Below are positions 1 through 9,757 of a stretch of DNA of 64,000 nucleotides, piece by piece. The translations under genes were made by a program, and so were the position numbers. Below the pieces are notes generated by a model. The model worked only from the letters and a program-made list of their open reading frames with translations, did not search any database and was not told where the DNA came from. The first letter of the stretch is position 1, and every line of letters begins with the position of its first letter. Source of the stretch: Pseudomonadota bacterium (lineage in GTDB: Bacteria; Myxococcota_A; Bradymonadia; UBA4248); assembly GCA_017441205.1 (NCBI GenBank), contig JAFRYG010000067.1:140-64139 (forward strand). Reading direction: 5' to 3'.

Positions 1-446
1 AATAATCAAAATATTGGTTGTTTTGTGAATTTACATGTAGGTTGATGTGTTAGTACGAAAAAAATAACAGTTGACGCAGGGTGTGTATACATCGTAGAGA
101 CGTGAATCGTTTTGGATGCGTAGAATATTCGACAGTTATGTTGAAAATTCTTGTATCGCAATCAAATTGAAATTTTATTCAAAATTGAAAAACGAACGAA
201 TTTTAAAACTCCCCTCAAACATGCTTAGATCCTTTAGATTTGAGAATGCTCAAAAAAGGGGTTCAAAATAAAATTCGAAAAAAGTGAAAATAAGTCTCGA
301 CAAAACGCGTTTGATTCTGTATGTGGGTGCGAATGGGATATAGTCCGCCAGCGCGATTGGGGACGAGTCTTAAAACGAATAAAACTGACCTTATAACATG
401 CAAATCGCAAACGATTTTGCGAGATAGTGAGAACAAGGAGGAAATT

Positions 447-3400
447 ATGAGGGGAAATCTTAAAAGGGGTGCGCTACTCACAGCGTTGCTCGCGGCGTCA
501 GCTGCCGCAGGATGTGCCCAGGATATTGGCGATATTGATCGTACAGAGCCCAACCGCATTCGCAAGGCGGATTTGCTGCAGGGATCCTGGTGGATGCATC
601 AGAAAATTATTGAAGTTCCAGGCAGTGCAAGGCTTGAGGTTTTTGAAGGTCTGATGAACGAAACGCAGAAAGTCGTTTTCGTTGCAGAAGAGAATTACCT
701 GATGGCATATCGCAGCTATCCGACGCTTCCGGGTGCGGATGATCAGAATCTGGAAGTGGATGGCCTGATTAACTACGAAGAAATTTATGGTGAGAACTAC
801 AAGGGCGATGTCCTTGCGATGTTCCCGATTACGTCACATTTTGATGTCCAGCGTCAATACGATCCTTCGACGGGCGAGCAATCGAACGTGATCAGCGAGA
901 ACACGTCGGATCGTCCGTGGTACGAGCGCGATTATATGCGCGTGAGATGGCAGGATAACCCGATAGTCAATCTTGAGCTGACGTATGTTTATGAGACCGA
1001 GTATGAGCTTGGCCGTCAGGCATCGATAGGCCAGGGTGATGAACGCAATGAGCCGTACTTTGAGTATGATGCGAATGGCCAGCTCGTGTATTTTGATGCA
1101 CCTGCGACGTACGTCATTAACCCCTCGTTCTGGGATATTCTGTACTACTACTACAATTATACCTGGAGCGACATGTATGCTGCGACGGAAGTCCGCGTAG
1201 CGACGAGCTTTGCGAAGGATCTTGGTGATGCGGATGCAGCCAATATCTACGAGCCACTGGAATACACGAACCAGGATATGAACCGTTTCGGTTATTTCCG
1301 TACGGAACGCTACACGTATGATCCGAAACTCGGATTCATGAACAGCGGTCGTATCGAACTGGCCAACCGTCACAATATCTGGTTGAACTCGTATACGGTG
1401 GATGGCGCAGGCAACAAGGTTTTCACGCCGATAGAACAACGTGTCGTCCGTACGATTCCCTACTACATCTTCGATGGTGTAAAGGAAGAGAAACTTGCGA
1501 AGATGTCCGAACAGGTCATTGATGAGTGGAACGTTGCGTTCAAACGTGCGGTCTACATCATGCAGCATCCGAACAATACGGTATTGATGCATCCGCAGCT
1601 TAATACTCCGTATGATGGGATGCAGTTTGATCTGGTCACCACAATTGACTACAACATCCTTAAAGGTCTTTTAGGCAATGAGACTGATGTATTTGCAGTC
1701 TGCCATATTCCGGTTCGTCCCGATGACAATCCGGTTTGCGGTAACGAGAACAATCCCGGTGCGACTGCACCGAATGCAGGCTATTCACCGCGCGAAGGCG
1801 ATTTCCGCAAGAACTTCCTGTGGCTCGTCAACCAGCGTCAGGATGTCGGCTTGCTCGGATATTGCCCGAGTTCGACGGATCCTCTGACGGGACGTACGAT
1901 TTCTGCACAGGCTCACGTCTATACTGCCCCGATGAACGAAATCGCCAGCATTCTGGTCGACAAGCTCAAATTCGCCAAAGGCGTTCTGACACCTGAAGGT
2001 GTGCGCGCGAACGATGCAGCCATCGAGACTGCCCGTCATTCCCGCGAACGCTTTGTCGAGCTGTCGAAAATGTCCGACAAGGTTCGCAGTGCGAGACTCA
2101 ATTCGGCAGCCAAACAGATGCAGCGCAGCGAAAAACGTCTGGAGCGCAAAAACAAGATCCAGAATCTGAGAAAATTTGATTATGTTGCCGTCGACAACAA
2201 GATCAAGAAGATGATCGATGATGGATTGCTTACCAGCGACATGGAATCCAGAGTTCGCAACAACATCATGAAACGTTCCGGCAAAGCGAATCTGAGTGAT
2301 GAAGTCCTCAACGAGACTTCGCTTGCCAACATCATGAGCTACAAAACGATGATGATGTCCGAAGAGATCGAAAAAGCTCTTGGGGCCAAGGGATTCTGTT
2401 TCAAGAATGACACTGCGAGCTACGACATCAAGTACACGGCTTTGATGGACAAATACAAAGATCGCGATGACTATGACAACATTTTCTATGAGATTCGTGC
2501 AGATGTGTTCCGCGCAACGGCACTCCATGAAATGGGCCATGGCTTCGGTCTTCGTCACAACCATACGGGTTCGTATGACTCGATGAACTATTTCGATGGC
2601 TACTGGAATCTTCGCGGCAAATACGATCATTCCCTCGATCAGGCTTTCTGGAAAGATGGCACGCTCAAGACAGTGGGTGATATCTATGCCCTGTATGATT
2701 ACAGCGATGCACAGCTTCGCGGCGGCCTGCTCGGCTATCAGTATTCGTCGATCATGGACTACAGCTCCGGTTATACGGATGACAACCAGGGTCTCGGCAA
2801 ATATGACCATGCCGCCATTCTGTATGCATACAGTGCCGGTACTACCTCAGGCAGCCAGGCAAATCATTCGAACGGTCTGGTCGAGGTCTTTTCCGACAGT
2901 TCAGGCAATGTCGCCGGTGATCAGCTCAAATCGGAACTCGGTACGCTCGCATACAATATTCTGACGCATGCGGATACGACCAAGACGAGCCGTTTTGACG
3001 ATCAGACCTCTGTCGGTCAGCCTTATCTCGAACTCGTTCATTTCCGTGATTTCTTTGCTTCGATGGGAGATTACGATTTCATCCACAACCGCAAGGTCGT
3101 CCGTCTGGACAACTATCTTGCCAACCAGGATTTGATGGTCCGCGTTCCTTATCTGTTCTGCACGGACGACAACCGTGGTGCTCTGCGCAGCTGTCACGTT
3201 TTCGATCACGGTGCTGACTACATTGAGCAGTTCAATGATGTTCTGCGCGACTATCGCACGAATTACTGGTTCCGCGATTTTGCCCGCGGTCGTGCATGGT
3301 GGAGTTCGGATGCCGCATCCTGGGGTTATGGTCGTGACTTCTTCAAACTGTCTGACTTTTTCCAGAGCTGGTACGTCGGCGATCGCAACACGCTGGATGA

Positions 3401-5138
3401 TGTCCTTGGTGAGTATGCCAACCTGATCGATGATACAGGTGAAATTGCAGCTGCAGCATCGTTCAACCTGTTTGCCGAAGCTCTGGCGACGCCGGAATAT
3501 GGTTTGTACTGCAAACGCAAGGATACAGGCGAGCTCTTTGGTCTGTCTTCGGATGGCGATGCGCGTCAGGAAACGTCTGAATTCTATCGTCGTTCCCGCT
3601 GCGGCGGTGATGATGCAGAATACTTCTATGTCCGTCAGGGCGAGGGCAGACGCCGCTTCCAGAAATACGATGTCAATGCAGGATTTGACTGGAGCCAGTA
3701 TGAACTCGAACTCCAGCACAACGACACGTCGTACTATGCGATTCGTGCATTGTTCGACAATTCGGCGACCATTATCGCGGATTCCGGCGATATGGGTACC
3801 TACACGCTCGGCCTGTATGACTACTTTACGGAAGAGTCCATTGCGCTGACCAACGCTATGATGGCTGAAGAATACAGCATTCACAGCCCGGTTCTCGTAA
3901 CGGATGACGGCAATGGCGGAACGGAAACCGTGACCTATAACGGCGACGAAACCATTACGGGTACGCTCAAATATCCTGCACTTGCAAAGATCAGATATTA
4001 CAGTGCTCAAAACGAAAAGGATGAGATCGAATTCAACCCGCTGACGGGCGAAACGGTCGATATGTTCAACAAGTATGCCGGTGTTGGTTCCGTGCCATTG
4101 TTCGGTGCCTGTGATGATGACAGCCAGTGCGCGCTGCTCGAAGGTGCTTCCGAGATGTACTGCGGTCTGAACGATCCCCAGGTTGCCTGCTCGGATGAAA
4201 AAGCTGCCAAGAAACACTGCTGGGCCATTTTCGACAACGTCGATTATGTCAAATGTCCGGCCGGTTCCCGGGTCGTCAGCTTTGACTCTATGTATGCCTG
4301 CGACAATTCAAAGCTCTATACCTGTGTTCCTGATTCTATCAGCAATGCGGATTATAACTACTATGCAAATGATCTGCAGTATACGTCTGAGGTCAACGCA
4401 CTCCAGGCTGATTCAGATAAATGCGTAGCTGCGGTCGACAAATGGAACAATTTGCTGGATCGTTCCGTCAGCGCATGTTCGGCAACGAATTTCGCCGGTT
4501 CCTGCGGTGAAGGCAAGACCTGCATCGATGGCAAGTGCACGAGCATTGCCTATCGTGTCCAGATGGATCCGTCCCTGTCGCAGAAATTCTACATGATCAT
4601 CTACGGTACGCTTTTGACCGGTCCTGTTGGCATGGATCCGACCTTCTACGATCAGTTCAATCTCTATCGTAAGGGTTCCGGACAGGAGAACACACCCTCC
4701 AGCGGCTATCGCGCGGTTTCTTTCGAGAACCCCTATACGGGTGAAATCTTCGCAGCCAACGAACGCGAAGAAGCCGAAACGACGGATGATTACATCGCAC
4801 AGTTCCACAAATATGCAACAACCTGTAATCCTGAGGACAAGCCCGTGCTCTCTGCATGGAACTACAGCAACAACAGGCTCTTTGCTGATTCCGGTTCTGC
4901 GATGATGATCCGCAAGGCGAATGCGCTCAAGGAGGAAGTTGACAAATACTGGGCAACGGTTATCCGGTATCAGGATTATGTCAATTGGGACAATGCTGAT
5001 TATGAGAAGACCGAGGAGTATCAGAAATATCTGAATGCCTATTACACCTGGGCAATGAAGAAATATGATCTCCAGTACATCATTCGCGATATTAATCTCG
5101 TCCGCAATGTTTATGATTATTTCGGCACAGTCTGGTAA
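447..5138 (+). CDS. Secreted lipoprotein zinc metalloprotease, metzincin type (~1564 aa) with a large Cys-containing C-terminal region
   Basis: An in-frame ATG at 447 is preceded by AAGGAGG. The N-terminus MRGNLKRGALLTALLAASAAAGC is a signal peptide with a lipobox. The motif HEMGHGFGLRH fits the metzincin consensus HEXXHXXGXXH exactly. The track start at 321 is probably too far upstream. Confidence 0.8.
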   Translation: MRGNLKRGALLTALLAASAAAGCAQDIGDIDRTEPNRIRKADLLQGSWWMHQKIIEVPGSARLEVFEGLMNETQKVVFVAEENYLMAYRSYPTLPGADDQNLEVDGLINYEEIYGENYKGDVLAMFPITSHFDVQRQYDPSTGEQSNVISENTSDRPWYERDYMRVRWQDNPIVNLELTYVYETEYELGRQASIGQGDERNEPYFEYDANGQLVYFDAPATYVINPSFWDILYYYYNYTWSDMYAATEVRVATSFAKDLGDADAANIYEPLEYTNQDMNRFGYFRTERYTYDPKLGFMNSGRIELANRHNIWLNSYTVDGAGNKVFTPIEQRVVRTIPYYIFDGVKEEKLAKMSEQVIDEWNVAFKRAVYIMQHPNNTVLMHPQLNTPYDGMQFDLVTTIDYNILKGLLGNETDVFAVCHIPVRPDDNPVCGNENNPGATAPNAGYSPREGDFRKNFLWLVNQRQDVGLLGYCPSSTDPLTGRTISAQAHVYTAPMNEIASILVDKLKFAKGVLTPEGVRANDAAIETARHSRERFVELSKMSDKVRSARLNSAAKQMQRSEKRLERKNKIQNLRKFDYVAVDNKIKKMIDDGLLTSDMESRVRNNIMKRSGKANLSDEVLNETSLANIMSYKTMMMSEEIEKALGAKGFCFKNDTASYDIKYTALMDKYKDRDDYDNIFYEIRADVFRATALHEMGHGFGLRHNHTGSYDSMNYFDGYWNLRGKYDHSLDQAFWKDGTLKTVGDIYALYDYSDAQLRGGLLGYQYSSIMDYSSGYTDDNQGLGKYDHAAILYAYSAGTTSGSQANHSNGLVEVFSDSSGNVAGDQLKSELGTLAYNILTHADTTKTSRFDDQTSVGQPYLELVHFRDFFASMGDYDFIHNRKVVRLDNYLANQDLMVRVPYLFCTDDNRGALRSCHVFDHGADYIEQFNDVLRDYRTNYWFRDFARGRAWWSSDAASWGYGRDFFKLSDFFQSWYVGDRNTLDDVLGEYANLIDDTGEIAAAASFNLFAEALATPEYGLYCKRKDTGELFGLSSDGDARQETSEFYRRSRCGGDDAEYFYVRQGEGRRRFQKYDVNAGFDWSQYELELQHNDTSYYAIRALFDNSATIIADSGDMGTYTLGLYDYFTEESIALTNAMMAEEYSIHSPVLVTDDGNGGTETVTYNGDETITGTLKYPALAKIRYYSAQNEKDEIEFNPLTGETVDMFNKYAGVGSVPLFGACDDDSQCALLEGASEMYCGLNDPQVACSDEKAAKKHCWAIFDNVDYVKCPAGSRVVSFDSMYACDNSKLYTCVPDSISNADYNYYANDLQYTSEVNALQADSDKCVAAVDKWNNLLDRSVSACSATNFAGSCGEGKTCIDGKCTSIAYRVQMDPSLSQKFYMIIYGTLLTGPVGMDPTFYDQFNLYRKGSGQENTPSSGYRAVSFENPYTGEIFAANEREEAETTDDYIAQFHKYATTCNPEDKPVLSAWNYSNNRLFADSGSAMMIRKANALKEEVDKYWATVIRYQDYVNWDNADYEKTEEYQKYLNAYYTWAMKKYDLQYIIRDINLVRNVYDYFGTVW

Positions 5139-5157
5139 TTCATAACGCTGGTTGGAA

Positions 5158-5190
5158 AGCCCCGGGCCGCATGGTTCGGGGCTTTTTTTT
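5158..5190 (+). terminator. Rho-independent terminator after the metzincin gene
   Basis: A GCCCCG / CGGGGC stem with a 12-nt loop is followed by T8, 20 nt after the stop codon. Confidence 0.6.
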
Positions 5191-5195
5191 GGTGC

Positions 5196-5244
5196 GCAGC
5201 CTATTTCATACGGCTGCTCCGGCGGCCTATTCCATACGGCCGCC
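5196..5244. repeat. Tandem pair of hairpins with a conserved loop, TATTTCATAC / TATTCCATAC, and variable GC stems
   Basis: gcagccTATTTCATACggctgc followed by ggcggccTATTCCATACggccgcc. The same loop with different stems recurs at 14739-14788. Confidence 0.5.
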
Positions 5245-5412
5245 GCTGTCTTTGGGATTTTGTCGGAACGGATAACTCTCAAATTGTTCAAAAATCCCGA
5301 TTTATGGTATTCTGGATGTGTATGTCCTGGTGTATTGTCAGACAAGTGTATGACATTGCATTATGGTGTTTGATGGATTTGGCTTTTGGCCAACCGACTG
5401 CGGATTCTGAGC

Positions 5413-8400
5413 ATGAGTGACATCAATAATCTGATATCTGGGTTGAATCATTTAAATAATACAGAAGCTCCATCATCTGAACCTGAACCGGGGGATGACG
5501 GATTTGAGTTCAATCTGAGTGATGAAGCCTTTTCCGAGGCGATGGCATCTCTTGATATGGATGATGTGGGGCTGGAATCCAATCTGCCTGCATACGATGT
5601 TGAACAGGATGGTTCTGTAAATACGGCGCAGAGTCTGTCCAGTCAAAGTGTGGGGCTGCCCTCGCCCAAACCATTCGGATTGCCTTTGCCGAAGTCCGCA
5701 TCCCCTGTGGGTTTGCCGTCTCCGAAGTCCGCATCTCCCGTGGGTTTGCCGTCTCCGAAGCCGGGTATTGCCGGTGGCTTGCCGTCTCCGAAGTCTGCAT
5801 CCCCCGTGGGTTTGCCGTCTCCGAAGTCCGCATCCCCCGTGGGTTTGCCGTCTCCGAAGTCCGCATCTCCCGTGGGCCTGCCATTCCCGAAGTCTGCATC
5901 TCCCGTGGGCCTGCCGTCCCCGAAGTCCGCATCTCCCGTGGGTTTGCCGTCTCCGAAGTCCGCATCTCCCGTGGGTTTGCCATCTCCGAAGTCCGCATCT
6001 CCCGTGGGTTTGCCGTCTCCGAAGCCAGGTATTGCCGGCGGTTTGCCGTCTCCAAAGCCTGGGATTTCCGGTGGCATGCCGTCCCAGCAGCCAGCAGTTC
6101 CCGTAGGTTTGCCGTCCCAGCAGCCAGCAATTCCCGTAGGTTTGCCGTCCCAGCAGCCAGCAATTCCCGTAGGTTTGCCGGTTCCCCCTGCGGCTGATTC
6201 CATGGAGACGCCATCTCCCGTGGAACCTGAAATTTCGTTCCCCGATTTCAGCGATTCATTCCAGGAACAACCGCAATCTGAACCAGTACCATTATTTAAG
6301 GATGATGCGGTATCCGATGAAGTTGTGGATCCCCATGTCGAGCTTGGACAGTTGGAGGCATTACTTAACGAAACTGATGATGGAAAAGAACGCCACGGTA
6401 CTCTGGCACTGGAAGCCTATGGTTTTGATGATAAGCCGCCCTCGTATCTGAATGCTACAGCTGTTCCTTCCAATTTCAAAAAAGACAGCGACCCGAATAA
6501 TATCACAGCAGTACCCAGTGCACAGTATGCCACACAGGTGAATAAAATGAACCTGGAGGATTCGGCGCTTGGTATCGTCAAAGGCAGTGATTCGCTCAAA
6601 GCACCGTTCCTTAAAATGGATCGCAACGAGCCGACGGGAGCTTTTAATCATTCCCACTCACACGATTTTGATAACGATTCCGGCTTGCCTATCAAGGATG
6701 ATCCTCTGGGGCTGATCGAGGACAAACCTCATTCCGGTGCCGATAAACATCAGGATATTCTTGGACTTTTTGGTGACAATCTTCAGCTTGAACCTGCGGT
6801 TGAATCATTTGCTGCCGTAAGGCCTGCCAGTGAACCGGTCGTCGAATCGGATGCAATAACGGCCATTCCAATCCGTGAACCGGCGGCGGTGCCGCCTGCC
6901 AAAGTGCAGGCAAAACCTCCTGTTCCTGAGCCGCCGCGCGTTCCAAGTATTCCTGTTCCACCTGCAGCAAAAGCCAAGACTGGTGGCAATGTCGTGGAGG
7001 TGAATGCTCCGAAACCATCGGATGAACCTGAAAATGTCAGTAATCCCGGGCTTGCAGAGGGTGAGCTCTTTGATCTCAATTCCATAAAAACTAAGCAGTC
7101 AGCCGCTTCGCGGCAGGAAGACAAGAAACAGTCTGAGAGTTCCCAATCGGATAATGGCAAAAAGCGCAAAAAGAAATTATTCCTGGTCATTGCTCTTGCC
7201 GTCGTGGTGATTTGCATTGCAGGTGCTGCTTTATTCAGTCTGATCGTGCATGAAAAGACGGTTACGGATGATGAATTGGCCGCAGCACCAAAAGAAGCTG
7301 TCGTGACATTGAACTGGGATGCAGTCAAACTGGATATGCATCACCACTATGTGGATTATTACAAGAGTTCGATTGAAAAAATCCGCCAGAATGATCTGGA
7401 TGCTTCCGAAAGGCTCGATATCCAGGGCAAGGTCCTGGTCGCAGTCATTCTTGGATCGACGAGATTCCCTGAGGTATTTGCAGATGATCTGGAAATGCTG
7501 GATGAATCTGCATCATCGCTGTCAGGAAACTGTGATTCCGGCTGGTGTTCGCTGGGGTTGTGGGCATGGGGAAAATTCCGCGACAATGAGGATCTGGAAT
7601 CGAAATTCGAATCTGCAGCCAAGGGGGATTCATTCAAAGAGATCAAAACTGTTCTGGATGTCGTATTGGATTACAGTTCGTGGAAACCGGAACAGCAGAC
7701 GTTTGATGAAATCAGCATCAGAGGAAATTCGATTATCAGGAAGATTAAGGATGATCTGCTGGAGTGGCCGCTGGTTTATTGGATTAAGGCGTCCGTCTAT
7801 CATAGGTTGGGAAATAATGAAGATGCCATCAAGGTATTGGATGATGCCTATGTTGACGAGACGAAATCGCCCCGTCCCGGAGACTCGATACTGAAAGCTG
7901 AAGCATTGCTGGCGGCGGATCGTGCTGAAGATGCCCTGAAGCTTGTCGAAGAAGTCATGACGAATTCGCAGGCTTTGCCGGCAGAGAAGATGCGAGCTCA
8001 GGAGCTTGCACTGTTCTGTCAGGCGGGAACTCAGGAGTGGAGCTCATATTCCGAAACACTCAGCAAATACCTGGCGGATAATCTGGCCGACCCGGATCGA
8101 TTCAAAGATGTTGTCGATGTTTGTCATTATATCAATCGCATGGAATCCTGCGGTGAGATGTTTAAACAGATATTGTCAAAGGATCCGAACCATCAGCTGT
8201 CCCGCATTGCTCTGATTCAGTCTGAGATCGAGAAGATCGGTTATGATGTTATTCTTCGTCCGGATACCAAACTGACTTCGATGTCTGTTCGTGCGGCGAG
8301 TGAGTTGATCGAAGATGGTCTCAAGTCAGATCCGGGATCTGCAGAATTATGGCGCGCTAAAGCGATCATCCTCTATGCCGAGGGGAATTTTGATGATTCT

Positions 8401-9702
8401 GTCAAAGCTCTGGATGAAGTTGAACGCGGAAAGGAGATGATCTGGATGGGGTCATTCATGAGAGATCTCATTCAGTTTGAATCCGGAGACAAGGCAAAGA
8501 AAGACTCGATACTGGCTGGTTTGAAGAAGAATGTGGGGTTGGTTCTGTCACCGGATGATGCCATAGCCCTGGCCATAGCCCTGCAGTATTGCGGGGATGG
8601 TGATTCTGCACTTAAGGTAATGAAACAGGCGGCGCAGCTGAATCCCGTGAACAGTATGATACTGAACGAATTCTTCATGCTTGCTATCAATGCCAAGAAC
8701 ATGGAACTCGCCAACAAGATTATCAAACAGCTTCAGGCGCGCGGTGCAATGCGTCCGGAACATGAGTTTGAGTTTGCCAAATTGACGGAATATACGGGGG
8801 ATTCCAATAGTGCACTCGAAAAGATGCTGGCTATCGTCAAGAAGACAAAGGATAAACCCAATCCCGATTTTCTTGCCTATATTGGTGAGCTCTTTATGAG
8901 GCAGAATCAGTGCGATTCGGCCATTCCATATTTCAGCCAGGCTCTGGAACTGAATCCTTCGGATGCACAGACGCATTTCTTTAAGGGACGATGCCTTTAT
9001 CTTCGCAAGAATTACGAAGAGGCTCTTGCCGAATTCAATGAAGCAGCCACACAGGACGATAGCAATCGCGAGTACGATCTTTGGATCGGTCGCACGCTTG
9101 CCGGCTTGAATCATATTTCTGAGGCCCAGCGTGCGTTTTCGGCCGTTATCGATAGCTATCTTGCAAAATCCGAAGCGGAGCGTCTTGAGGAAGAAAAGCT
9201 GAATATTGCCAGCGCATATTATTATCGTGCAGAATTGCGCAAACTGCAGAATAATCGATCGGAAGCAAAGAAAGACTTTGAGCAGGCACTCAAACTGATG
9301 CCCGAAGAAGTGATGTTTTTGAGTGGTTATGCCATTTATCTGTATGAAAATGAAATGCTCAGAGAGTGCATCAGTATGGTGAATAAAGTGGATTCATTGG
9401 GCAGTAAGATGGATGCATCGCTTTATTTCGTTCGGGGTGTTTCGAATCTGAAACTCAATAAGCGATCCGAGGCTTTGGCAGATCTTGAAAGAGCCCGAAA
9501 TGATGGGTTTGCTGAACGTGAAGAATCTGGTATTATTGGTGTACGCGAAGCTGCAGAAGTGTATGAACGTCTCGGTTATTTGTATCGGGATTTGGGCCGG
9601 CGTGAAGAGGCACGCAATGCTTTGAACCAGTTCCTGCGCATATCCAAGACGCTTTCGCCTGTTGCACGCAGGGATATTCAGGCTGAAATTGATCATATTT
9701 AA
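5413..9702 (+). CDS. Large bitopic membrane protein: acidic N-terminal domain, Pro-rich tandem repeats (SASPVGLPSPK)n, one transmembrane helix, ~800-aa TPR-like C-terminal region
   Basis: Long ORF with an ATG at 5413 (a TTG alternative at 5386). The 11-aa repeats, the hydrophobic segment LFLVIALAVVVICIAGAALFSLIV and TPR-like helical repeats to the C-terminus are all visible in the translation. Confidence 0.7.
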   Translation: MSDINNLISGLNHLNNTEAPSSEPEPGDDGFEFNLSDEAFSEAMASLDMDDVGLESNLPAYDVEQDGSVNTAQSLSSQSVGLPSPKPFGLPLPKSASPVGLPSPKSASPVGLPSPKPGIAGGLPSPKSASPVGLPSPKSASPVGLPSPKSASPVGLPFPKSASPVGLPSPKSASPVGLPSPKSASPVGLPSPKSASPVGLPSPKPGIAGGLPSPKPGISGGMPSQQPAVPVGLPSQQPAIPVGLPSQQPAIPVGLPVPPAADSMETPSPVEPEISFPDFSDSFQEQPQSEPVPLFKDDAVSDEVVDPHVELGQLEALLNETDDGKERHGTLALEAYGFDDKPPSYLNATAVPSNFKKDSDPNNITAVPSAQYATQVNKMNLEDSALGIVKGSDSLKAPFLKMDRNEPTGAFNHSHSHDFDNDSGLPIKDDPLGLIEDKPHSGADKHQDILGLFGDNLQLEPAVESFAAVRPASEPVVESDAITAIPIREPAAVPPAKVQAKPPVPEPPRVPSIPVPPAAKAKTGGNVVEVNAPKPSDEPENVSNPGLAEGELFDLNSIKTKQSAASRQEDKKQSESSQSDNGKKRKKKLFLVIALAVVVICIAGAALFSLIVHEKTVTDDELAAAPKEAVVTLNWDAVKLDMHHHYVDYYKSSIEKIRQNDLDASERLDIQGKVLVAVILGSTRFPEVFADDLEMLDESASSLSGNCDSGWCSLGLWAWGKFRDNEDLESKFESAAKGDSFKEIKTVLDVVLDYSSWKPEQQTFDEISIRGNSIIRKIKDDLLEWPLVYWIKASVYHRLGNNEDAIKVLDDAYVDETKSPRPGDSILKAEALLAADRAEDALKLVEEVMTNSQALPAEKMRAQELALFCQAGTQEWSSYSETLSKYLADNLADPDRFKDVVDVCHYINRMESCGEMFKQILSKDPNHQLSRIALIQSEIEKIGYDVILRPDTKLTSMSVRAASELIEDGLKSDPGSAELWRAKAIILYAEGNFDDSVKALDEVERGKEMIWMGSFMRDLIQFESGDKAKKDSILAGLKKNVGLVLSPDDAIALAIALQYCGDGDSALKVMKQAAQLNPVNSMILNEFFMLAINAKNMELANKIIKQLQARGAMRPEHEFEFAKLTEYTGDSNSALEKMLAIVKKTKDKPNPDFLAYIGELFMRQNQCDSAIPYFSQALELNPSDAQTHFFKGRCLYLRKNYEEALAEFNEAATQDDSNREYDLWIGRTLAGLNHISEAQRAFSAVIDSYLAKSEAERLEEEKLNIASAYYYRAELRKLQNNRSEAKKDFEQALKLMPEEVMFLSGYAIYLYENEMLRECISMVNKVDSLGSKMDASLYFVRGVSNLKLNKRSEALADLERARNDGFAEREESGIIGVREAAEVYERLGYLYRDLGRREEARNALNQFLRISKTLSPVARRDIQAEIDHI
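5650..6190 (+). repeat. About 15 tandem copies of a 33-bp unit inside the CDS, encoding SASPVGLPSPK, with degenerate PGIAGGLPSPK and QQPAIPVGLPS variants
   Basis: The DNA is near-identical between units. All three antisense and alternate-frame ORFs in the track (5510-6214, 5643-6203, 5648-6106) are artefacts of this array. Confidence 0.9.
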
Positions 9703-9757
9703 TACTGCAGCCCACGTAATGTGGTGTTGAGAAATTAGAGAATCACGGAGTTCTGTT

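Noticed and set aside
263-565. ORF 263-565(-) overlapping the start of the metzincin gene
   Set aside because: It is overlapped by a strongly supported CDS with RBS and signal peptide, and has no features of its own.
5510-6214. ORFs 5510-6214(-), 5643-6203(-) and 5648-6106(+), which overlap the Pro-rich repeat region
   Set aside because: Low-complexity translations in alternate frames of a 33-bp tandem array. The sense frame belongs to a 1430-aa protein with clear domain structure.
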